The translations under genes were made by a program, and so were the position numbers. Below are positions 1 to 6,618 of a stretch of DNA of 28,957 nucleotides, piece by piece (position 1 is the first letter of the stretch; every line of letters begins with the position of its first letter). The notes under the pieces are model-generated. The model had not been told where the DNA came from. It worked only from the letters and a program-made list of their open reading frames with translations, and did no database searches. This stretch comes from a virus (Duplodnaviria; Caudoviricetes). The stretch lies in the IMG/VR virus record IMGVR_UViG_3300043543_000061, positions 1-28,957 of that record; one strand, written 5' to 3'.

Positions 1-712
1 AATGATTTGTGTCAGTCCTAAATCTTCGTTCTTTCCCACTTACTTTCTTTAACTTTCGTTTACTTAATTTTGTGTTTTTTTCTTTTGGTAACGGCTTCTT
101 TATTTTTGGTATTTGAGTTGTACTTTTTCTACCTTGTCATTGCTGAAAATTTTACCTGTTGAGTTTACAGCAATGTTCGCTTCACCTAAGTCAACACCAA
201 GAAAATCATCTGTTTCAAGAGGTGTATCTTCGGGCATGTCACAAGTAGCGTAGAGGTAGAACTTGCCATTTTGGTATACAAGGTCGGTTTGTTCTTTAAT
301 CTTGTTCATTCTACCTGCAAAGTAATTGAGAACATGGATGTCATAGACACGTCTGCCGTCCAATGTTGTCAAGGAAACTTGAGGAAATTCGCCACTCAAT
401 CCTTTGAATGTAAGGATACGGTCATCATAAGTAATTGCACCATACTTCTTAAACTTGGGTTGTTTCTTTTTATTTAACTTTTAGGCTTCTCAGGTTTTTG
501 CTATAGCTTGTATTGCTAACTGTGCTGACAAGCCGTATTTATCACGAATATGATGATAGACCAGTTTTTGTATATTGAACTTAACCTGACTTTTGTTCAA
601 AGCAAATTTCGGCTATTTCATTACATGCTTTGTTAAAAGATTCCATCGTGTCTAGCAGCCTTTTCTTGCCGATCCCGTCTGCTTCTATTTGAATTTTAAT
701 GGTTGTTTTCAT
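1..712 (-). pseudogene. tnpB: TnpB (RNA-guided RuvC nuclease) pseudogene, 5' part
   Basis: ATG at 712 gives MKTTIKIQIEADGIGKKRLLDTMESFNKACNEIAE..., then a frameshift and in-frame TGA/TAA stops. ORF fragment 100-399 contains the RuvC-I motif FLGVDLGEANIAV. Confidence 0.9.
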
Positions 713-894
713 CTCATATTTATATAATGTGGATGGCTGAATTTTCTTCAATGTTTTTGGAATTATTTTTAAGTTAGTCCTGTGATTCGCATTCCTGCTA
801 TACTCTAAAGATGTTTGGTCGTTCTTAACGCTCGCTTCGCTCGTTGAACGACCAAACTTTCTAGCGAAAGTAGGGGCTTCCTGCTCGAATTTAG
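1..894 (-). mobile_element. IS200/IS605-family (tnpB-only, IS1341-like) element, copy 1; right part lies outside the window
   Basis: On the - strand: target tetramer TCAC (895-898), 14 nt, guide GAAG, then a multi-hairpin left end (785-894) followed by decayed tnpB. It is an inverted near-copy of 3994-4885. Confidence 0.85.
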
Positions 895-926
895 GTGAGA
901 GAAACCTTGCAACGGATTGTTTCTTT

Positions 927-1529
927 TTATTTGCGCTCTTTCGGCATCTGGCCTCTGATCGTGACTGTCAGGATGCCGTCTTTAACCTGCTCGTCCTCAA
1001 CATTGTGCGGTGGCAGATTTCCTCTCACAATATCCGATGTAGTGTCGCCAACCGAGCCCACGTCAGTTCCGAACAGACCTTGAGCGGCAACTACTTTAGC
1101 CGCCATCGCCGCTTTCTGGCGTGCTACCTGCAAGCTCGTGTAATCGTCCAAAGACTTGCTGAGTGGTGCGCTACCGGTTGCAATCCACGAGTTGCCGTCT
1201 ACTTTGAACGTCGGTCGTGGCAAATGCGCAGCCGGTTTAACCGCTTGTGCTAGTGTTAGGGCTGGCGCAGGTTTGGCTGCTGGTGCTGGCATTGGGGCTG
1301 GCGGTTCGTCAACCTGACGCACGATTGGGGGAGGATCGTTAGCCGGGATGGATGTGTCCGATTTGTTCAAAAGCTTGTTTCCGCCCCAAAGTGAGCCAGC
1401 GGCCATTAGCAAGGCAGGGACGATCCGTTGACCTTGATTGACCACGGCTTCATGTAATGCAGGATCAACCTCGTAAAGCCAGTCCATGACTTCCTTGCGA
1501 TCCATCAACCACTCATCGAAAGTTCTCAT
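927..1529 (-). CDS. Hypothetical phage protein: capsid-targeting-like leader, hydrophobic segment, Pro/Ala linker and LPP20-like C-terminal domain
   Basis: 200-aa ORF. N-terminus MRTFDEWL...LHEA, hydrophobic IVPALLMAAGSLWGG, PPAPMPAPAAKPAPA linker, and WIATGSA...ARQKAAMAAKVVAAQGL resembling the LPP20-type pattern. Confidence 0.6.
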   Translation of the reverse strand: MRTFDEWLMDRKEVMDWLYEVDPALHEAVVNQGQRIVPALLMAAGSLWGGNKLLNKSDTSIPANDPPPIVRQVDEPPAPMPAPAAKPAPALTLAQAVKPAAHLPRPTFKVDGNSWIATGSAPLSKSLDDYTSLQVARQKAAMAAKVVAAQGLFGTDVGSVGDTTSDIVRGNLPPHNVEDEQVKDGILTVTIRGQMPKERK

Positions 1530-1531
1530 AG

Positions 1532-3052
1532 TTATGGCCTCATGTACTTAAGGCATCTGTGGAAATTTTGAAACTCAAAGTGCTTCTTGCGTTCTTCAAT
1601 CCTTCTACTATCTGGCTTTCCGGTGAAGGGGTCAATTAGATCAGCGAAAGAATCAGACACTTTCTGTGCGCCGTCTTCGCCTATCTCGTACACCTTAACA
1701 CGTGGACCCTTGGTGTAACTTAAGAATGCGTCAACAATGGTTGGGTCCAGACCGCCGAGCTTGGTAACAAATTCACGGAGCTTTCGACCAGAAACGCCAC
1801 TGGACATGTAACCTTGTAGCAGATCGTTCAAGCTATTGCTGTCGAGATTATCGCTCATACTGAGCGACTTAATCAAAAAACCAACCTTCTTCATGTCCTG
1901 CGGGTCCATATTCAAATCTTCGAGCGTGGATGGATCATTCATTCTCAACATCCACGCCAGAGGCATGTACTTGTCGCCAATCTCAGATAATTCCTTTGGC
2001 AAATTGGCATCAAGTTGCTTTCCTGGGAACAAGAAATTGAGTAGCCCGAAGTCTCGGTGGAGCTTGAGGTACTTGCAGGAGTCGATATCTTCCTTGTCCA
2101 AACCCTTCTTAAACTCATCCATTATAAACTTGCGATCAAGTTTACTTAAACATTCAGCGTGCTTACGGATGATTTCCTTTTCTTCCTCTGGAACCTTCTT
2201 AGGATCACCATAAGTTAAAAGCATACGAACGTAACGCATGATACGGCTCGGGTCTTCCTTGAACTTGTGGCTCATGTCGCCGATGGCCATTATACGACCA
2301 CTCTTCAAGTGATGGGCACCGCCAAAGAAATCATACAATTCTTTGTTAGGGCCGTTATCGTTGGTGAGGGCAATGTACATTCCATTGATCGTAAAGTCAC
2401 GACCAGCAGCGTCCTCAGCGTGGGTTCCCGGCTCAAGATCACTCTGGACCATGCCCCTCGGCGTCTTCATGAAGACATCAAGCGTATATTCGTCTTCGTT
2501 TACCTTAATGCCGAAAGAGAATGGGCGACCATTTTTATCGCTCTTGTTGACCCAAAAGAATTGCTTGTTGCCTTCCTTACGGTTGGGACTTACCTTGACA
2601 TTCTTGCCAGATACTTGCCCGCTGTCGTTGATAAACTCAAAGCCATTTTGCTTCAAAATGTGGTACACTTCGTCTGGAGATGCATTGGTGACGAGTTCGA
2701 CATTTCTCGTCTTTCTTTTCATCAAGTGATCACGGACAGCACCGCCCGCCAAAAATAGCTTCTTACCGGTTATCTTAACTGGCTTGTCATTACCAGTTGC
2801 GTCGTCACGGGACCAACCCCAATTGGCACCTTGCTTAAAGGCACGAACGATAGGGGCTAAGTTTTTGTTTTTGCCGTAGTGTTCTGATTTCGGATCGTCA
2901 CTGATTTCAAACGGCATGAAATCATTGCCTTCGCCAAGAGAAACCTTAGTTCCGATGGCCCCAAAGTATTGTGGCTTCATGGCAGGGTTGCCAACATTCC
3001 CCTCTTGGGCCTCCCGCAGCAGTCGAAATTCATTAAACGATCTTGCTTTCAT
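1532..3052 (-). CDS. cca: Class II tRNA nucleotidyltransferase (CCA-adding enzyme)/poly(A) polymerase homolog with altered catalytic motif
   Basis: Motifs LFLAGGAVRDHL, EDAAGRDFTINGM and FKEDPSRIMRYVR are present. The DxD position reads NVE. Confidence 0.85.
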   Translation of the reverse strand: MKARSFNEFRLLREAQEGNVGNPAMKPQYFGAIGTKVSLGEGNDFMPFEISDDPKSEHYGKNKNLAPIVRAFKQGANWGWSRDDATGNDKPVKITGKKLFLAGGAVRDHLMKRKTRNVELVTNASPDEVYHILKQNGFEFINDSGQVSGKNVKVSPNRKEGNKQFFWVNKSDKNGRPFSFGIKVNEDEYTLDVFMKTPRGMVQSDLEPGTHAEDAAGRDFTINGMYIALTNDNGPNKELYDFFGGAHHLKSGRIMAIGDMSHKFKEDPSRIMRYVRMLLTYGDPKKVPEEEKEIIRKHAECLSKLDRKFIMDEFKKGLDKEDIDSCKYLKLHRDFGLLNFLFPGKQLDANLPKELSEIGDKYMPLAWMLRMNDPSTLEDLNMDPQDMKKVGFLIKSLSMSDNLDSNSLNDLLQGYMSSGVSGRKLREFVTKLGGLDPTIVDAFLSYTKGPRVKVYEIGEDGAQKVSDSFADLIDPFTGKPDSRRIEERKKHFEFQNFHRCLKYMRP

Positions 3053-3250
3053 ATTGGCTCTACCAAATATATTAACTATTCAGAGTATTTAGTCGTTGTC
3101 GCCGCAAATAATTAAGGATTGTCATCGAATAAAACAGCCTTTTTCTCGCCTGTACGTTCTCTTGAATTACTTTAGGCGTATCTCTTTCTAAAACAACGAC
3201 GTATTCCTGAGCGATGATTGGACCGTAATCGAACTCGTTATAATGGCGGC

Positions 3251-3390
3251 GTGAACCGTATAGCCTGTGAACTACCCTGCTGCTAAAGAAGGCGGGGCTT
3301 CCGCTCCAACTAACTGCTCTGCATTAACAAAGTCTTATGTCAGGGCAAGCGGTTCTAACGTACCTCTCGGTCGTTCCGACCGTGCGTAAG
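3251..3390 (-). ncRNA. Putative TnpB omegaRNA (reRNA) scaffold plus about 16-nt guide (AGGCTATACGGTTCAC)
   Basis: Begins with the acggtcggaacgaccg hairpin and ends ggaagccccgcc...gggtagttcac, a typical tnpB 3' layout. The 5' boundary is approximate. Confidence 0.65.
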
Positions 3391-3802
3391 TCTAACCGGA
3401 GTTAGGACTTTTACTATTTGCAAGTTACTGACTACTCTCGGTTTTCGAATAGTCAAGTTCTTTCTTGCGCTAAAGGTTTTACCCAAGCAATGTCTACCTT
3501 ACGGCACATTTTGCTTGGAACAAATTACCTTTAATTGCTAAAGAACATGCAGACAACTTAAGTCCTACTGCAAATGTGATAGTATTTTTGAACTGAAAAA
3601 CAAGACATTTTTATCTGTGTTTCAGGAGAAAATTTGCTATCATACTTCATCGAGGTTCACTCAGGTTTGATCCTGAATTAGTCCTATGGCGGCATTCATC
3701 TCACTACCCTTAAAAGGTTTGGTCGTGGTCTCGTTTGCTTCGCTTACTTGCTTTGTGACCAAACTTTCCTTCGGAAAGCAGGGGCTTTCTGCTGCAAATT
3801 CA
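3267..3802 (-). mobile_element. Non-autonomous IS200/IS605 derivative with no credible ORF, carrying a TnpB-type omegaRNA
   Basis: Left end: TTAC (3803-3806), 14 nt, AAAG, hairpins. Right end: GAAG-ccccgccttctttagcagcagggtagt-TCAC ending at 3267. Removing the element rejoins the purN reading frame. Confidence 0.85.
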
Positions 3803-3832
3803 GTAACTTTCTCTCTGTTATTTGCCGAATTT

Positions 3833-3946
3833 GCGGCATTCATCCCACCACCCTAAAGAGGTTTGATCATAGTTTCGTTCGCTTAGCTCACTCGCTTTGC
3901 GACCAAAATTTCCTTTGAAAAGTAGGAGCTTTCTGCCGCAAATTAG
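3833..3946 (-). mobile_element. Orphan IS200/IS605 left end, tandem paralog of 3688-3802
   Basis: TTAC (3947-3950), 14 nt, AAAG, and the same hairpin architecture. No element body follows. Confidence 0.75.
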
Positions 3947-3993
3947 GTAAGGCAGACACCAATTGTGCGCCACAAGCAGCCACTTGCACTCAC

Positions 3994-5320
3994 TCTAAAT
4001 GCGAGCAGGAAGCCTCTACTTTCGCTAGAAAATTTGATCGTTCAGCAAGTTAAGCGAGCGTTAAGAACGACCAAACCTCTTTAGGGTAGAGGAGGAATGC
4101 GAGCTATAGAACTACCTCAAAAATAATTCCAAAAACATTGAAGAAAATTCAGCCATCCACATTATATAAATATGAGATGAAAACAATCATTAAAATTCAA
4201 ATAGAAGCAGACGAGATCGGCAAGAAAAAAAACTATTAGACACAATGGAGGTCTTTAACAAAGCATGTAATAAAATAGCCGAGACTTGCTTTGAACAAAA
4301 GTCAGGTAGTAAGTTCAACATACAAAAACTGGTCTATCATCATATTCGTGAGAAGTATGGCTTGTCAGCACAGTTAGCAATACGAGCCATAGCAAAAACC
4401 TGTGAAGCCTACAAGTTAAACAAAAATAAACAACCCAAATTTAAGAAGTATGGTGCAATTACTTATGATGACCGCATTTTTACATTCAAAAGATTACATG
4501 AACTTCAACATCCTCAAGCAAGTATCACTACACTTGAAGGTATGAAGTTATACAACATCCATATTCGGAATTACTTTGCAGGTAGAATGAACAGGGTTAA
4601 AGAACAAACCGACCTTGTATACCAAAATGACAAGTTCTACCTCTACACTACTTGTGACATGCCCGAAGATACACCTATTGAGACAGATGATTTTCTTGGT
4701 GTTGACTTAGGTGAAGCGAACATTGCTGTAAACTCAACAGGTAAGATTTTCAGCAATGGCAAGATTAAGAAAGCACGGCTTAAATATCAAAAACAAAGAA
4801 GCCATTGCCAAAAGAAAAAACACGAAATCAAGTAAACGAAAGTAAGCGGAAAAAAACGAAGATTTAGGACTGACACAAATCATTATGTAAGTAAATATCT
4901 TGTTGAGAAAGCCAAAGACACCAATATTAGTATAACACTTAAAGATTTAAGTAGAATTACCAAAAGAAAAACGGTAAGGAAAATTCGGCGAGCAAAGAGA
5001 CATAGTTGGTCATTCTATCAATTAAGGCAATTCATTACTTACAAAACAATACTCAAGGGAGTTTCTGTAGTTAATCCAAAAAAAAATACAAGCAGACAAT
5101 GCTCAGAATGTGGTCATATTGCAAAAGCAAACATGAAAAATCAAGCGGAATTTTGTTATAAGAAGTGTGGATATAGCGAGAATGCCGACTATAACGCTGC
5201 GAAGAATATCGCAGCACGGGTTGTATCAACCAGCCTATTGTCGTCCGCTAAGAAACTGTTCAAAGGTTGCTTAGAATTGGAATGACAAACCCAGCCATCT
5301 TTAGCGGCGGGATAGTTGAC
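3994..5320 (+). mobile_element. IS200/IS605-family tnpB-only element, copy 2, with both ends
   Basis: TCAC (3990-3993), 15 nt, GAAG, left-end hairpins, decayed tnpB, and right end cccagccatctttagcggcgggatagtTGAC ending at 5320. Confidence 0.9.
4177..5285 (+). pseudogene. tnpB: TnpB pseudogene
   Basis: Frameshifts in or near A-runs at about 4225 and 4815-4860. RuvC-I reads FLGVDLG, RuvC-II reads ITLKDL (E to K), zinc finger TSRQCSECG...CYKKCG, RuvC-III NADYNAAKNI. Confidence 0.92.
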
Positions 5321-5336
5321 ACATGTTGCTATTCCG
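5218..5336 (+). ncRNA. Putative omegaRNA of element copy 2, with guide ACATGTTGCTATTCCG
   Basis: Overlaps the tnpB 3' end. Stems gggttg/cagcct and ttgtc/gacaa, terminal hairpin and GTTGAC end. Homologous to 16307-16450. Confidence 0.6.
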
Positions 5337-5655
5337 TTTTTTCGGTTGCTCTCGGCAGCAACTTTTCACAACGCAAGGTGTGTAATTCTGTATTAGGTAT
5401 AATCAGGCGACTGTTGTTATCATAAATGTAGAATACCGTCTTGGTTAATGTTTGCCTAACAATACGTGCCTTGCGAGTGCCGCCGATCAGAACCTCGTCA
5501 TCAACATTATAGTCTCGACTTAACACGAACGACAGGCCCGTGACAAAGTTCTCAATAACACCCTTGAAGTAGAATGCTGCTGCGGCGGCAAGTAACCACC
5601 AGAAGTAGTCGCTTATGGTACCAGAAACTATGTTCTTGATGTCCTCCGGATTCAT
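5329..5655 (-). CDS. Small MscS-like (mechanosensitive channel beta-domain) membrane protein
   Basis: TM segment YFWWLLAAAAAFYF, then IENFVTGLSFVLSRDYNVDDEVLIGG...LIIPNTEL, resembling the MscS pattern NFxAG..PFxVGDxI..IPN. RBS ggag upstream. Confidence 0.65.
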   Translation of the reverse strand: MNPEDIKNIVSGTISDYFWWLLAAAAAFYFKGVIENFVTGLSFVLSRDYNVDDEVLIGGTRKARIVRQTLTKTVFYIYDNNSRLIIPNTELHTLRCEKLLPRATEKTE

Positions 5656-5667
5656 ACACTCTCCTTA

Positions 5668-6072
5668 TTACGGAACAGCGGGTGCTTGTAGGTTCAGTTT
5701 CATGAGAATATAAGCTGTTAGAATAGCCCACACAATCTGGATGATGAACATAGTGATTCTGTTCCAGCGGTCGCTATGTTTGCTGTCGTTGCCCTCAAGG
5801 ATCGTGAGCCGCTTGTCAATCGAAGTTATAGTCTTCTCTAGCTCTTTGATCTTATCATCAGTATCGGCTTCATTACGATGCGATTCAAGCACTGCGATCT
5901 TTTGGAGGACAGTCATGTATTGATTTATTACGTTGTCAATCTGCTTCTCAAGCTGATTCTGTTTGGTTTGAATGGACTTAACCCTTTCGTCAATCCTAGT
6001 GCTCAAGTCGAATAACCTCTGGATGTTGTCCGATGCTTGCGCAAGGATTTGTGCCAAGATGTCTTCTGACAT
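5668..6072 (-). CDS. Coiled-coil protein with C-terminal transmembrane helix (XhlA/holin-like)
   Basis: Start placed at ATG 6072 (MSEDILAQ, RBS aagggg). Heptad pattern followed by ITMFIIQIVWAILTAYILM. Confidence 0.55.
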   Translation of the reverse strand: MSEDILAQILAQASDNIQRLFDLSTRIDERVKSIQTKQNQLEKQIDNVINQYMTVLQKIAVLESHRNEADTDDKIKELEKTITSIDKRLTILEGNDSKHSDRWNRITMFIIQIVWAILTAYILMKLNLQAPAVP

Positions 6073-6114
6073 GGCTTTCCCCTTAATATATGTCTCTTTC
6101 ACTCTATATAAGGT

Positions 6115-6618
6115 ATGACCCAACAAAAACCAAAGAAAGAATCGAAAGAAGCAGAACCAGAAGTTCCGCTTCTTGAAGAATTTGATGATATGAACATCGA
6201 GATGTTAATTCCCTCGATGAACCAAGTGAAGGAACTTGTCCCTGAGAAAGAGGAGTGCATCGTTAAAGACGAACAACTTGTTGGCCTTTACGATGAGATT
6301 CTCCAAAACTGCCGTCAGGACCGACAGTTGTGTGATGAAATTCTAGCTAACTTCCTTGACATGGTTATGAACGACGGTGACGCTAGTTCGGCCTCAAAGG
6401 AAGCCATCGTCAACATCCTTAAGATCAAGTCGGACACGGCAGACAAAATGTCCAAGGTTGCCGACCTTATGACCAGAATCAAACTTAAGGACAAAGACAC
6501 TTTCCCACGTTACTTGGCCGCTCAGCAGAACAACAAGGTGGTCATCGAAGGTAGCAAGCGTGACTTGCTGAAGTCCATCAACAAGATTGCGAACAAAAAG
6601 GGAGTAGCAAATGAGTAA
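6115..6618 (+). CDS. Hypothetical phage protein (helical)
   Basis: 167-aa ORF, first gene of the + strand operon. Overlaps the next start, which has RBS ggag. Confidence 0.7.
   Translation: MTQQKPKKESKEAEPEVPLLEEFDDMNIEMLIPSMNQVKELVPEKEECIVKDEQLVGLYDEILQNCRQDRQLCDEILANFLDMVMNDGDASSASKEAIVNILKIKSDTADKMSKVADLMTRIKLKDKDTFPRYLAAQQNNKVVIEGSKRDLLKSINKIANKKGVANE

Larger units (their letters stand above)
3072..3825 (-). pseudogene. purN: 3' remnant of a purN-like (GAR transformylase/formyltransferase) gene, interrupted by the element at 3267-3802
   Basis: Joining 3825-3803 to 3266-3072 gives ANNREKVT|GYTVHAAI-(frameshift)-NEFDYGPIIAQEYVVVLERDTPKVIQENVQARKRLFYSMTILNYL...*. This matches the PurN C-terminal pattern GEKVTGCTVH..NEYDxGPII.Q..V.V...DT. 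It is not in the ORF track. Confidence 0.75.

Noticed and set aside
3267-3802. IStron (group I intron-IS hybrid), because the element is co-oriented inside purN
   Set aside because: It ends in TCAC rather than G, the GACTA/TAGTC pair is too close to be P7 around P3/P8, and the host gene has decayed.
3661-3843. 60-aa ORF on the - strand
   Set aside because: It runs through IS left-end hairpins. Only the NNREKVT portion reflects the purN remnant.
3688-4111. Three similar repeats next to a Cas12-like (TnpB) gene, suggesting a CRISPR array
   Set aside because: The units are about 115 bp, diverged, in mixed orientation and lack regular spacers. They are IS left ends.
4177-4835. Apparent G-to-A hypermutation between the tnpB copies
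   Set aside because: Both G-to-A and C-to-T changes occur in both copies, consistent with general AT-biased drift rather than targeted editing or a DGR.
4177-5285. Programmed frameshifting or a domesticated nuclease-dead TnpB (TldR-like), given the RuvC-II E to K change
   Set aside because: Multiple independent frameshifts, a damaged zinc finger and different lesions in copy 1 indicate ordinary decay.
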